Below are positions 29,641-40,412 of a DNA stretch of 64,000 bases, piece by piece. This DNA comes from an uncultured delta proteobacterium (GTDB lineage: Bacteria; Myxococcota_A; Polyangia; Polyangiales; B10-G4): the NCBI GenBank assembly GCA_963727445.1, contig CAVSGI010000018.1, positions 18,086 to 82,085 of the forward strand. Reading direction: 5' to 3'. The translations under genes and the position numbers were made by a program. Positions within the stretch are counted from its first letter, which is position 1; the number at the start of each line of letters is the position of its first letter. The notes beneath the pieces are model-generated. The model searched no databases and was not told the DNA's origin. It saw nothing but the letters and a program-made list of their open reading frames with translations.

Positions 29641-31734
29641 ATGACGAGAATCGCGTTCGCATCGCTGATGGCAATTGCGTCGCTTTTGGGGGGCTGCGGC
29701 GGGGATGACTCGCTGATGCTGGGGATGTTCGACGCCAGCCCCGACGCGGACGCTGGGATGACCACGATGGACGGGGGGATGTTCCCCGACGGCGGCATCG
29801 GCACCACCGACATCGCCATCACCCGTCTGGTGCCGGACCACGGTCCCTTCTCCGGCGGCACACAGGTGGTCATCCGTGGCACCGGCTTGAGCGAGGACAT
29901 GGAGGTCAGCATCGGCGGCCGCCTCGTGCAGCCCGCCGACTTGAACCTCATCGACTCGAATCGGCTCTCGATCGTCACGCCGGCGGGTGAGGTCGGCGAC
30001 GCCGACGTCACGATCACGCTCGGCGACGAGTCAGTGACCTCCGAGGGCGCCTACCACTACGACGCGTTCTTCCTCGAGCCCAACCGCGGTGCGGTCTCGG
30101 GCGGCACTCTGGTGACCATCACCGGGATGGGTCTCGGCTTCGCGGACGGTGACACCGTCGACTTCGGTCGCACCCCGTGCACCGATCTCACCGTGGTCAG
30201 CGAGTCGACCATCACCTGCCGCACGCCGCCGATGGCGGCCGGCTCCGTGCCCGTCACCTACAACGACGTCGACGGCACAGCGGACCTCACGGTCGACAAC
30301 GCCTACACCTATTACGACAGCACCGACCCCTTCGCGGGCGGCCTCGGCGGCGGGCCGATCATGGGCACGCTCAACGTCACCGTGCTCAACAGCGGCGACG
30401 GGTCGCCCGTGCCCGACGCTTTCGTCATCGTCGGCGAGGACCTGACCACGCCATACCAGAACCTCACGGACATGCGCGGCCAGGTCACCTTCTCCGGACC
30501 CGATCTGACCGGGCCGCTGACGGTCACCGCGGCCAAGTTCTGCTTCGAGAAGACCTCGGTGGTCTCTTTCGACGCGACCGATGTGACCATCTTCCTCGTG
30601 CCGTGGATGGATCCGATGTGCGGCATGGGCGGGATGCCTCCCACCGGACGCGGGCGAAACGGCGCCTTCATCGCCGGCGAGCTCATCTGGCCCTCGGACT
30701 TCGGCCTCGGTCCGCAGCCGTGGTTCAACATCCCCGCGCCTCGCGAAAACGAAGAGAAGGTCGCCTACGTCTACACCACCCAGGCGCGCGTCGGTTACCC
30801 CAACCCCGATCCCAGCCTCGGTGGCGCCACGCAGCGCGTCCTCGAGACCGGCGACACCGGTGAGTCGGGCTACCTCTATCGCATCTTCGCCCGGCCAGCA
30901 GGCCTCGCGGTCTATGCGCTCGCGGGCCTCGAGAACCGCGACACCGGCGAGTTCATCCCCTACGTGATGGGCATCGCGCGCAACGTGCTCGCGGGCCCCG
31001 GGGAGAACGTCGACGGCGTCGACATCGTCATGGACATCCCCCTCGATCACACCCTCGACGTGCAGATCACCGATCTGCCGGCCGAGGCGCGCAGCGGTCC
31101 GGACCGCTTCAAGGTCGAGGCCTACATGGACCTCGGCGGAGAAGGTGTGATCGTGCGCGAGGTGACCACCGCCGGCCGCACCGAGAACTACGACATCGTT
31201 CGTGGCCGCAGCAACGACACCCCCTTCCGCTTCTGGGCGCAGCCGGCGCTGCTGGGTGAGCTCGCCGACGGGCGCTATCGCATCGCTGGAGGCTGGTACA
31301 CCGGCGACTTCGATTCGCAGCCCTACACCGTCGTCGTGCAGAACGGCGTGCGCGCTTTCGACGAGGTGGTGACCCTCGACGGGTATCTCGGCATCCCTCA
31401 GGCGACGTCCCCGGCCTACGGCGAGCGCATCCCGGCCGATCGTGTCCTGCGCTGGGAGTCGGACGGCGAGGATCCCGACATGCACATGATCCTCATGGTG
31501 GGTGGTGATGGGAACCCGGCGTGGCGGCACTTCGTGCCCGGAGACGTGTACGAGGCGCCCATCCCCGACCTGTCGACCATCGAGGGCATCGACGACATCA
31601 GCGCGGGCTTCATCACCTGGGTCGTCTACGCCGTGAAGATCCCCGGGTTCGACTTCGACGAGTTCAGCTACACCTATCTCCAGGACCGCTTCTGGAGCCA
31701 CTACGCCGTCGACTACTTCACCGCCACGCGGTGA
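29641..31734 (+). CDS. IPT/TIG-domain surface lipoprotein
   Basis: Lipobox LGGC; two P..G..SGGT.V.I.G IPT repeats; carboxypeptidase-regulatory-like segment. Confidence 0.8.
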   Translation: MTRIAFASLMAIASLLGGCGGDDSLMLGMFDASPDADAGMTTMDGGMFPDGGIGTTDIAITRLVPDHGPFSGGTQVVIRGTGLSEDMEVSIGGRLVQPADLNLIDSNRLSIVTPAGEVGDADVTITLGDESVTSEGAYHYDAFFLEPNRGAVSGGTLVTITGMGLGFADGDTVDFGRTPCTDLTVVSESTITCRTPPMAAGSVPVTYNDVDGTADLTVDNAYTYYDSTDPFAGGLGGGPIMGTLNVTVLNSGDGSPVPDAFVIVGEDLTTPYQNLTDMRGQVTFSGPDLTGPLTVTAAKFCFEKTSVVSFDATDVTIFLVPWMDPMCGMGGMPPTGRGRNGAFIAGELIWPSDFGLGPQPWFNIPAPRENEEKVAYVYTTQARVGYPNPDPSLGGATQRVLETGDTGESGYLYRIFARPAGLAVYALAGLENRDTGEFIPYVMGIARNVLAGPGENVDGVDIVMDIPLDHTLDVQITDLPAEARSGPDRFKVEAYMDLGGEGVIVREVTTAGRTENYDIVRGRSNDTPFRFWAQPALLGELADGRYRIAGGWYTGDFDSQPYTVVVQNGVRAFDEVVTLDGYLGIPQATSPAYGERIPADRVLRWESDGEDPDMHMILMVGGDGNPAWRHFVPGDVYEAPIPDLSTIEGIDDISAGFITWVVYAVKIPGFDFDEFSYTYLQDRFWSHYAVDYFTATR

Positions 31735-31759
31735 GCCGAACGACCGCCCGCGAGACCCG

Positions 31760-33862
31760 ATGACGAACCTCCGTCTCCTTCCCTTTCTCCTCGGTTTCAT
31801 GCTCGCGCTCGCTTCGTGCGGAGACAACACGTCTCCGGGCGACGGGAGCACGGGTGATTCCACGATCCCCATCAACGACGCCGGCGAGTTCTTCTGTGCG
31901 ACCGCCGAGTCGCAGGCCTGCATCGGTGACACCCACTGGTACTGCGAGCGGCCCGAGGGCAGTGAGTTCGTACGCAGCCAGAACGAGGACTGCGCGGCCA
32001 TGGGGCAGGTCTGCGCGCCCGACTTGTGGTGCGTGACCTGCCGCCCCGACTCGATCGGCTGCGACGGGAACACCGTCATCCAGTGCGCCTCGGACGGATC
32101 CGCGTGGATGGACCAGGAGGAGTGCAACGTCGACGAGGGCTTCGCGTGCCGGGACGGGCGCTGCGTCAACCTCTGCGAGGAGGCGCAAGCGCACCGCAGC
32201 TACGTGGGCTGTGAGTTCTTCGCGGCGGACCTCGACAACGCCTCCATCGGCGCGGGGCGCGACGCCTCGGCCCAGCAGTACGCGGTCGTGGTCTCCAACC
32301 CCGGCGGCGTGGCCACCGAGGTCACGGTGGAGCGGAACAACGCCGTCTTCGGCGCGGCCTCGGACGTCGAGGCCTTCTACACCGTCACCGTCCCGCCGGG
32401 CGACCTCGAGATCCTCGAGCTCCCCCGCCGCGAGGTCGACGGCTCGAGCTCGAACCAGATGTGCGACCCGACGGATCGCGTCTGCCCCGGCACCGAGGTC
32501 TGCGTCTGCTCGCGCATGGACACCGAGCCGCCCTGCGTCTGCCGCGTCAGCGCGACCGCCAACGGGATGAACGACGGCACTCACACCGCGGTCACCTCTC
32601 AGGCGTATCGCATCTCGTCGCAGCTGCCGATCATCGCCTACCAGTTCAACCCGCTGGACAACGTCGGCGTCTTCTCGAACGACGCGTCGCTCCTGTTGCC
32701 CACTTCGGCCATCGGCCGGCGCTATACCGTGGTGGGTTGGCCTCAGACCATCGCCAACGACGACCTCGACCCGGACCGCGACTTCGATTCGTCCCGCACC
32801 GACGAGGATCTGCGCGCCACGTTGACCATCATCGGCACCACCGAGGCGACCAACGTGCACATCACCCTGGGCGACAAGATCGACACCATGGTGGGCGCAG
32901 GCATGATCCCGGAGCTCGGCCCCGGGGGCGAGATCGATCTGGTCATCAACCCCTTCGACGTCATCAACCTGGAGACGAGCGCGCTCAACGCCGACTTCAC
33001 GGGAACCCAGGTCGAAGCCGACAAGAACGTCACGCTCTTCGTGGGCAGCGAGGCCTCGGACGTGCCGCGCTTCGACACGTACGCGACGCGCCAGTGCTGC
33101 GCCGACCACCTCGAAGAGCAGCTGTGGCCGGACGACACCAACGGTACCCGCTTCATGATCGCGCGCATGCCGCGGCGCTCGGTGTCGCTCAACGCCGCCT
33201 TCGTCAATCCGCTCACCGACAGTGTGGCGGAGCCGAACGAGCCGGAGTGGGTGCGTGTGCTCGCGACGTCGTCCGGTTCGACGACGCTCAACACCACGCT
33301 GCCCTTCCCGGACGACATGGTCACTCTCTCCGAGAACGAGAGCATCATCTTCCGGGCCGACCAGGACTTCATCCTCGAGGCGAGCCAGCCGGTCGCGGTG
33401 CTTCAGGCGCTGCCCAGCCAGGAGGCGGTGGGGATCCCGCCCGAGTATCCGGGCGGTGACCCGGCGATCATCTTCGTCCCGCCGGTCCAGCAGTATCGCC
33501 AGGACTACGTGTTCCTGACGCCGAACCTCTACGCCTTCGACTACGTCACCATCACCGCGGCCGCGGACACGCAGATCCTGCTGGACGGCATGCCCCTCGA
33601 CCCGCTGAAGTGCACCACCTCGGCAGCCGACGGCCTCATGCGCCGTCCGGGCGACCCGCCCCCCGACGAGGTGATCCACCGCTGCCAGTTCTCCTTCCCC
33701 GACGTCATCGGCCTGCCCAACGTACGCGTCGAAGACGGCGTCCAGGACGACGGCGTCCACTCCATCGTCGCCGACCAGCCGGTGGGCATCGTCGTCTACG
33801 GCTTCGACGCCTTCGTGAGCTACGCGTACGCCGGCGGGCTGAACCTGGACGTCATCAACTAG
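31760..33862 (+). CDS. IgGFc-binding-protein N-terminal-domain lipoprotein, Cys-rich
   Basis: Lipobox LASC; SYVGCEF, YQFNPL, SNDASLLLP, DHLEEQ, GDPA, SYAYAGG. Confidence 0.8.
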   Translation: MTNLRLLPFLLGFMLALASCGDNTSPGDGSTGDSTIPINDAGEFFCATAESQACIGDTHWYCERPEGSEFVRSQNEDCAAMGQVCAPDLWCVTCRPDSIGCDGNTVIQCASDGSAWMDQEECNVDEGFACRDGRCVNLCEEAQAHRSYVGCEFFAADLDNASIGAGRDASAQQYAVVVSNPGGVATEVTVERNNAVFGAASDVEAFYTVTVPPGDLEILELPRREVDGSSSNQMCDPTDRVCPGTEVCVCSRMDTEPPCVCRVSATANGMNDGTHTAVTSQAYRISSQLPIIAYQFNPLDNVGVFSNDASLLLPTSAIGRRYTVVGWPQTIANDDLDPDRDFDSSRTDEDLRATLTIIGTTEATNVHITLGDKIDTMVGAGMIPELGPGGEIDLVINPFDVINLETSALNADFTGTQVEADKNVTLFVGSEASDVPRFDTYATRQCCADHLEEQLWPDDTNGTRFMIARMPRRSVSLNAAFVNPLTDSVAEPNEPEWVRVLATSSGSTTLNTTLPFPDDMVTLSENESIIFRADQDFILEASQPVAVLQALPSQEAVGIPPEYPGGDPAIIFVPPVQQYRQDYVFLTPNLYAFDYVTITAAADTQILLDGMPLDPLKCTTSAADGLMRRPGDPPPDEVIHRCQFSFPDVIGLPNVRVEDGVQDDGVHSIVADQPVGIVVYGFDAFVSYAYAGGLNLDVIN

Positions 33863-35045
33863 TGCTCGCCTCTCCGAGGCTGCGCACCCGCGGGCTCGCG
33901 AACAAATAGAGCAGCACCACCGCGACCAGGCTCGCGCTCGTGATGTACGGCAGCTCTGCGTGGACCTCGTAGAGCGCCGTGCCGAGCAGCGGCCCGACCG
34001 TTCGTCCCAGTCCCTGCGCGGCGCTGTTGAGGCCCGCCACCGCGCCCTGTTCGTTGTCGGCGACGCAGAGGCTGAGCATCGAGGTGATGCCCGGCAGGGC
34101 CAGGCCCTGCCCCACGCCCTGCAGCAGCAGCGAGCCGGTGAGCGCGCCGAAGGTGTCGCTGAACACCAGCAGCACCAGCCCCACCATGACGACCGGCAGC
34201 CCGCCGCGCACGAGCTTCAGCGGGGGCAGCGTCACGCGCCGCACCAGCCAGCCCTGCACGAAGACGGCGATTACCCCGTAGAGCACCAGCGCGGTGCCGA
34301 CCGCGCGCGCGGTGGCGCCCTCGTCGAGCCCCAGGCGATCCTGGAAGTAGAAGGCGATGGTCTGCTCCATCGCCACCGACGCCGTGGTCGCGACCACCGC
34401 GACGCCCAACAGGGGCCACACCCGCTTGAAGACCGAGCGCTGATCGCCCGGCACGTGGCCCACGTGCTTCTCGGGCTCGGGCAGGATGGTGAAGACGAAG
34501 ATGGCGTTCAGGACGGCGACGCCGACCGAGAAGTAGACCGCCGTGAGCAGCCCGAAATAGGACAGGCCGGCGCCGATGGCGGGGCCGAAGATGATGCCGA
34601 GGCCGAAGGCCGCACCGATCAGCGCCATCCCGCTCGTGCGGTCTTCGCGCTCGGTGATGTCGGCCATGTATGCCTGGGCGGTGGGGAAGGTCGCGCTCGA
34701 GAGCAGGCCGCCGACCAGGCGCACAGACAGCAGCGACGCGTAGAGGGCGTAGTGCCCGAGCCAGCCGCGAAAGCCGGCTTCGCAGATCAACGCGAAGCCG
34801 AGGAAGGTGCCGGCGAATCCGATGATCCCCACCAGGAGGATCGGCTTTCGGCCCTTGGTCTCGCTCTGCCGTCCCCAGTACGCGGCCGAGATGAACTGCA
34901 TCAGGGAGTAGCCGGTCGACAGCGAGCCGATCTCGAGCTCGCCCAGACCCAACTGTCTTCCGAGGGGAGCGAGGATCGGAAAGAGGACGCTCAGCCCGAG
35001 GATGCTGTTGAAGAGCGCCAGGAAGAGTAGGGCCTTGGGCCGCAT
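33855..35045 (-). CDS. MFS transporter (TetA/DHA1-like)
   Basis: About 12 hydrophobic segments; motif A-like GRQSETKGRK; QAYMADIT; GIIFGPAIG. Confidence 0.9.
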   Translation of the reverse strand: MRPKALLFLALFNSILGLSVLFPILAPLGRQLGLGELEIGSLSTGYSLMQFISAAYWGRQSETKGRKPILLVGIIGFAGTFLGFALICEAGFRGWLGHYALYASLLSVRLVGGLLSSATFPTAQAYMADITEREDRTSGMALIGAAFGLGIIFGPAIGAGLSYFGLLTAVYFSVGVAVLNAIFVFTILPEPEKHVGHVPGDQRSVFKRVWPLLGVAVVATTASVAMEQTIAFYFQDRLGLDEGATARAVGTALVLYGVIAVFVQGWLVRRVTLPPLKLVRGGLPVVMVGLVLLVFSDTFGALTGSLLLQGVGQGLALPGITSMLSLCVADNEQGAVAGLNSAAQGLGRTVGPLLGTALYEVHAELPYITSASLVAVVLLYLFASPRVRSLGEASTS

Positions 35046-35079
35046 CGGAGCGGGAGTGTAGAGGATTCGAGGGGCGCGT

Positions 35080-38000
35080 TCAGTGGAAGTCGTGGCTCTT
35101 GGTGTCCGTCGCGGAGATCGGCGGGCTCAGCGCCTCGACGTGTCTCGCCTTGACGTTGATCACGTCGTGACGGCGCTCGAGCTCACCGTGGACGAGGATC
35201 ACCGGCTGGCGGGTGATGATCTCGTGCTCCCGCGCGAAGAGCTGCGGCGAGACGATGACGTTGCACATGCCCGTTTCGTCCTCCAGAGAGAGGAAAACGA
35301 AGCCCTTGGCGGTGGCGGGGCGCTGGCGCGAGTTCACGAGCCCTGCGATCCGCACCGGTCCGGGGGAGCGGCCTTCGAGCTCGCCCAGCGAGGGGATCTG
35401 ACGTTCGGCGAGCCACTGCCGGAGAAACTCCATCGGGTGGTGAGCGGCCGAGGTGCCGGTGGCTGCATAGTCGGCTCGCGTGGCGCCTTCGGGGCTCGGG
35501 GCCTCGAGGGCTGGCGGCGTCTCCTCGGCGGCGGGCCGGGGAGCGAGGGGCCCGGCGGTGGGCCGCGCCACACGGAGCACCTCCCAGAGCGCACGCCGGC
35601 GATCGCCGGAGAGGGCGTCGAGGGCGCCGGCGCGAGCGAGGCGTGTGAGGCTGCGCGGGTCGAGGCGCGTGCGCTCCGCCAGCGCCTCGATCGAAGCGAT
35701 CTTGGTGCCGAGCAGAGGCTCGAGGGCTTTTTGCGCGCCGGGTCCGAGGCCTCGCACCAGGCGCAGACCCAGGCGCAGGGCGAGGCGGTGCGGGCCACCG
35801 ACGCTCTCTTCGAGGGTCGAGTTCCAGCGACTCCGGGTGACGTCCGGCCGGCGGATCTCGACGCCGTGCCGCCGCGCGTCACCGACGAGGGTGCCGATGG
35901 GGTAGAAGCCCATCGGCTGCGCGTTCAAGAGCGCCGCGTAGAACTCCGGCGTGTAATGACGCTTGAGATAGGCCGACGCGTAGACCAGGAGCGCAAAAGA
36001 AGCGGCGTGGCTCTCGGGGAAGCCGTAGTTCGCGAAGGCGCCGAGCTGCTTCACGATGCGCTCGGCGACCGGGGGCGCGATGCCGCGCGCCTGCATGCCT
36101 TCGAGGAGCTCGAGACTGAGGCGGGCCATGCGTGCCTCTTTACGCTTGGCACCCATCGCCCGCCGCAGCTCGTCCGCGCGCTCGGGGCTGAAGCCGGCGG
36201 CGACGATCGCCACTTTCATCCCCTGCTCTTGAAAGAGCGGCACACCGAGCGTGCGCGCCAGCACCGGCTCGAGGCTCTCGTGAAGAAAGCGCACCGGCTC
36301 CTCGCCGCGCCGCCGGCGCAGGTATGGGTGCACCATCTCGCCTTGGATCGGCCCCGGGCGGATCAGCGCCACCTGCACCACCAGATCGTAGAAGCGCTCC
36401 GGCGCCATCCGCGGGAGCGTCGCCATCTGGGCCCGCGATTCGATCTGGAAGACGCCGACGGTGTCGGCTTTCTGGATCATCCGATAGGTCGCGGCGTCGT
36501 CGGGCGGCAGACGCGCGAGGTCGAGGGGCTCGCCGCGGTGCTCCTCCACCAGCTCGAGGGCGTCGGCGAGGAGCGTGAGGATCCCGAGCCCGAGGAGATC
36601 GATCTTCACCAGGCCCATCGGCTCGAGATCGTCCTTGTCCCACTGGATGACGGTGCGCCCCTGCATGCTCGCCGGCTCGATGGGGACGACGTTGGCGAGC
36701 GGTCCGCCGGTGAGCACGAAGCCGCCCACGTGAATGCCGCGATGCCGCGGCAGCCCCTCGAGCCCGCGGAGCACACGCACGAGCGCGCGCATCCTTCCGT
36801 CGCCCGGATCGAGGCCCGCGCGCGCGAGGCCGCCCGCGAGGAGCACGTCGGCCGCGTCGCCGCTGCTCCCGGCCGGGCCGTCGGTGGGGACGGTGGCGCC
36901 GACCTGCCGCGCCAGGGTGTCGCCCACCTCCGCCGGAAGCCCCAGCACCCGCGCCGCGTCGCGCACCGCGCTCCGGCCGCGCCAGGTGATCGACTCCGCG
37001 ACCATCGCGGCGTGGTCGCGCCCGTAGCGTTCGTAGACGTACTGAAGCACCTCCTCGCGGTCGCGATGGGCGATGTCGACGTCGATGTCCGGCGCCTCGC
37101 CCCGACCTTCGGACAGAAAGCGTTCGAAGAGCAGGCCGTAGCCGATGGGATCGACCGCGGTGATCTCGAGGCAGTAACAGACGGCGCTGTTCGCCGCCGA
37201 GCCGCGGCCCTGCACCAGCACGCCGATGGAACGGGCGAAGCGGACGATGTCCCAGACGATGAGGAAGTAGCCCGCGAGGCCGAGGCGCCGGATGACGGCG
37301 AGCTCGTGCTTCACCTGTCGCTCGTGGGCGTCCGTGATGCGCGAGTAGCGCCGCCGCATCCCTTCGCGGACGCGTGCCTCGAGGAACGCGTCTTCGTCCG
37401 GGGCGTCGTCGGGCAGGGGGTAGACCGGGAGCCTCGGTGACAGATCCGAGAGCCGGAAGACGCAGCGTTCGGCGACCTCGAGGGTGCGCAAGAGGCCGGC
37501 CTGTGCGCTCCGAAAACGGCGGGCCATCTCCGCCGGGCTCGCGAGCCGTCGCGCGTCGTTGGGAAAGAGCCTGTCGCCGGCTTCGTCGAGGGTGATCCGA
37601 TGCGCGATGCACGTCAGCACGTCGAGGATCGGCTTGTCGCGGGCGTGGGCGTGCCGGACGTCGCCGGCGACGAGCCACGGGAGCGCGAGGTCGTGGGCGA
37701 GGTCGAGGCGATCGCGGATCCGCCGGACGTCTTCGGGGAGCGCGTGATCGGAGACCTCGAGGTAGAAGCGCCCGCCGTGGATCTCCGCGAGCGCGCCGGC
37801 GAGGGCGCGCATCGCCGTCGCGCCACCGCGACGCTCCGCCGCGTCGAGGGCACCGTCGCGCCCCCCCGACAGACACACGAGGCCCTCGCTCCGCGCGGCG
37901 AGGGCGTCGAGGGTGACGCACGGCTCGCCGCGCGGGCGCGTCATCCGTCCGGTGGTCACGAGCTGACTCAGGTTTTCGTAGCCCGCGCGGCTCTCGCAGA

Positions 38001-38238
38001 GCAGGACGACGGTGCCGCCGCTGTCGAGGGTGAGCTCGGCGCCGATGATCGGCCGCACGCCCTCGGCGTCGCAGGCCGCGGCGAAGCGAACGACGCCGCC
38101 GAGGTCGTCGCGATCGGTGATCGCCAGGGCCCCGAGGCCGACCTCTGCGGCGACGCGCGCGAGGGTCTCGGGGGTGGAGGCGCCGCCGAGGAGCGAAAAA
38201 GCGCTCCGGCAGTGGAGCTCGACGTACTCGGCGCTCAA
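35080..38238 (-). CDS. dnaE2: Error-prone DNA polymerase III alpha DnaE2 (ImuC)
   Basis: YVELHCRSAFSLL PHP domain, GRGSAANS, PDIDVD, QWDKDD, GFPESH, C-terminal SHDFH tail; TTG start overlaps the imuB stop. Confidence 0.95.
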   Translation of the reverse strand: MSAEYVELHCRSAFSLLGGASTPETLARVAAEVGLGALAITDRDDLGGVVRFAAACDAEGVRPIIGAELTLDSGGTVVLLCESRAGYENLSQLVTTGRMTRPRGEPCVTLDALAARSEGLVCLSGGRDGALDAAERRGGATAMRALAGALAEIHGGRFYLEVSDHALPEDVRRIRDRLDLAHDLALPWLVAGDVRHAHARDKPILDVLTCIAHRITLDEAGDRLFPNDARRLASPAEMARRFRSAQAGLLRTLEVAERCVFRLSDLSPRLPVYPLPDDAPDEDAFLEARVREGMRRRYSRITDAHERQVKHELAVIRRLGLAGYFLIVWDIVRFARSIGVLVQGRGSAANSAVCYCLEITAVDPIGYGLLFERFLSEGRGEAPDIDVDIAHRDREEVLQYVYERYGRDHAAMVAESITWRGRSAVRDAARVLGLPAEVGDTLARQVGATVPTDGPAGSSGDAADVLLAGGLARAGLDPGDGRMRALVRVLRGLEGLPRHRGIHVGGFVLTGGPLANVVPIEPASMQGRTVIQWDKDDLEPMGLVKIDLLGLGILTLLADALELVEEHRGEPLDLARLPPDDAATYRMIQKADTVGVFQIESRAQMATLPRMAPERFYDLVVQVALIRPGPIQGEMVHPYLRRRRGEEPVRFLHESLEPVLARTLGVPLFQEQGMKVAIVAAGFSPERADELRRAMGAKRKEARMARLSLELLEGMQARGIAPPVAERIVKQLGAFANYGFPESHAASFALLVYASAYLKRHYTPEFYAALLNAQPMGFYPIGTLVGDARRHGVEIRRPDVTRSRWNSTLEESVGGPHRLALRLGLRLVRGLGPGAQKALEPLLGTKIASIEALAERTRLDPRSLTRLARAGALDALSGDRRRALWEVLRVARPTAGPLAPRPAAEETPPALEAPSPEGATRADYAATGTSAAHHPMEFLRQWLAERQIPSLGELEGRSPGPVRIAGLVNSRQRPATAKGFVFLSLEDETGMCNVIVSPQLFAREHEIITRQPVILVHGELERRHDVINVKARHVEALSPPISATDTKSHDFH

Positions 38239-39731
38239 TCCACCCACGCGATCAGCTCCCACTCGTCGTCGCAGGCGGCGGAGACGCGCGCGCGCAACAG
38301 CGCCAGCACCGGCCCCTCGAGCTCGGCCCAGGCGAGGAGCTCGACGCGCTTTCGTCCCGTCTCCCACCACGGCGGCGTGGTGCGCTCGACCCTCCCGAGG
38401 CGAACGACGCGGCGCCGTCGATCGCCGAGCCACACGGCGCCGCCCTCGACCGGCAGCGGCGCCGCGAGGCGGCGCCAGGGCAGGCACGGCGTGGAGACGT
38501 CGAGGCTCGCCTGGGTGGGTGTGCTGTCGATGCGATAGCGCGCGCGTTCGAGCGCCGGGCCCACCTCGCGTCGCTCGGCGCGCTTGACGGCCTGTTCACC
38601 GAAGCGCGCGCGGAGGCGTCCGAGGGCCACCTCGCGCGCCGACGGATCGTGCGCCTGCTCTCCGAAGAGCGTCGGCCCGGCCACGGCGGCGGGCGCGGTC
38701 TCCTCGATGGCGACGCGGAGGGCGGTGATCGGGGCGTCGACGACGCGGCGCTCGAGGTGGGTGCGCGCGAGCTCGCGCAAGGTGCGCGCGCGATGCACGG
38801 GCGCGCTGGTACGGATGCGCGTCGCGACCTCTCCGCCGCCGCGGGTGCCGAGGGTGATCACCATCTCGGTCGCGCCGAGGCCTTCCCGTGAGAGATCCGA
38901 GGCCAGGCGGTCGATGGCGGCCCCCAGCACGAAGAGCAGCGGCTCCATGGCGCTCTGCTCGTCGTCGAAACAGAGCGCGACCGCGCGGGGGGGCAGGGGG
39001 CGCGGGGTCTGGGGCTGGCGCGGATCGTCGCCGTCGGCGCGCCGGCGCGCGAGGGCGATCTCTGGCCCGAGGCGCCGGCCCAGGCTCCCCGGGCTCAGGC
39101 GCCGCAGCTGACCCACCGTGCGGATCCCGAGGGCGGCCAGCAGATCGCGCGCCTCGCCGTCGATCTCGAGCGCTTCGAGGGGCGCGTCGTCGAGAAAATC
39201 ACGCGCCTCCTCGCGGTCGACGAGGCGGATGCCGCCCGGCGCGGACCGCGCCGCGGCCCAGGCCACGGTCGCCGTCGGTCCCACCCCGATCGCCACCGCA
39301 CCGTAGGCGCCCATCGCGCGGCGGGCGAGGGCACACCAGGCGTCGAGGGAGCCGCTTCGCGGCAGAGGCTCCACCCAGAAGCGCGTCGCTCCCGCCACTT
39401 CGATCCGCGGCGACACCTCGAGGAGGCGCTCGACGACACGTCGCTTCTCGTCGCCGAGCATGCGCGCGTCTTCATGAACCGATCGCAACGAGGCGGCGCG
39501 CGCGCGGGCGGCGGCGAGGGTCATGCCGATGCGCACGCCGGCGTCCGTCGCGCGTGCATCGAGCCACACGATGCGCGCGGTGTGGGCGCGGCCGCGGTGC
39601 ACGGCGCGCGGCGGCTCATCGCCTTCCCCCTCGCCCCGACTCGCGTCGCGAGGCGCTCTGTCGCTTCGATGATGGGCGACGATCGGGAGCATGGGGATGT
39701 GGACGCAGGCGATCGGTGACGACGTCTTCAC
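38235..39731 (-). CDS. imuB: ImuB, catalytically inactive Y-family polymerase homolog
   Basis: GVRIGMTLAAARA, P.EALEID, LGIRTVGQL, C-terminal ER..PPWW; lies between imuA and dnaE2. Confidence 0.85.
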   Translation of the reverse strand: MKTSSPIACVHIPMLPIVAHHRSDRAPRDASRGEGEGDEPPRAVHRGRAHTARIVWLDARATDAGVRIGMTLAAARARAASLRSVHEDARMLGDEKRRVVERLLEVSPRIEVAGATRFWVEPLPRSGSLDAWCALARRAMGAYGAVAIGVGPTATVAWAAARSAPGGIRLVDREEARDFLDDAPLEALEIDGEARDLLAALGIRTVGQLRRLSPGSLGRRLGPEIALARRRADGDDPRQPQTPRPLPPRAVALCFDDEQSAMEPLLFVLGAAIDRLASDLSREGLGATEMVITLGTRGGGEVATRIRTSAPVHRARTLRELARTHLERRVVDAPITALRVAIEETAPAAVAGPTLFGEQAHDPSAREVALGRLRARFGEQAVKRAERREVGPALERARYRIDSTPTQASLDVSTPCLPWRRLAAPLPVEGGAVWLGDRRRRVVRLGRVERTTPPWWETGRKRVELLAWAELEGPVLALLRARVSAACDDEWELIAWVD

Positions 39732-40401
39732 GGACTACCTCCGCGACGCGCGCGCGTCCGCTGTCGTCGAGACAGCGCACCTCGATCAGTCTTCGCGCGG
39801 GCGCGTCGCCGACGGGGGCGACGTCCCAATCGACACGTCGCGACGCGACCGACAGGCGCAGGTGTGGCGCGAAGGGCGGGTCGCCCACGAGCACGAGACG
39901 ACTCCTGCCCTCGCGGAGCAGGCGTCTCAGGCGCCCCTTCGCCCCACGCGGCGTCGCCCACCCGCCGGCGGTGGGTGCGAGCCCGATGATCAGACCGAAT
40001 CCGCCCGAGCGGAGCAGGATGTCGAGCGCCGCCCATGCGCGATGTGGTGAAGGCGGCGCGACGATCCAGAGCGCTTGGGCGTCGGCGGGCGTTTCGGCGC
40101 CGAGCCACGCATGGGGGAGGGCGGTGGCGGAGCCATCGACCACCGCGACCGGCTCGTCCCGCGCGAGCGCAGCTCGCGCGAAGCTCGCCGCGAGGGCCAG
40201 CGTCCCCGCTCCGGGGGGCCCCACTATCGCCGCCATCTGTCCCAGGGCCAGCCCCCCCGAGGGGACGAGGAGATCGACCTCGGGCCACCCGCTCGAGAGC
40301 GGCGCCCGGCCCCCGAGGGCCACGGGCGTAGCTTCCCGAAAGTGTTGGATGATCCGGGCTCGGAGCGCCTCGACCCGAGCATGCTTTTCCGCGAGCCCCA
40401 T
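39616..40401 (-). CDS. imuA: ImuA, RecA/SulA-like accessory protein
   Basis: SGWPEVDLLVPSGGL, degenerate Walker A GPPGAGT, LLRSGGFGLI. Confidence 0.8.
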   Translation of the reverse strand: MGLAEKHARVEALRARIIQHFREATPVALGGRAPLSSGWPEVDLLVPSGGLALGQMAAIVGPPGAGTLALAASFARAALARDEPVAVVDGSATALPHAWLGAETPADAQALWIVAPPSPHRAWAALDILLRSGGFGLIIGLAPTAGGWATPRGAKGRLRRLLREGRSRLVLVGDPPFAPHLRLSVASRRVDWDVAPVGDAPARRLIEVRCLDDSGRARVAEVVREDVVTDRLRPHPHAPDRRPSSKRQSASRRESGRGGRR

Positions 40402-40412
40402 CGGTCATTTAA

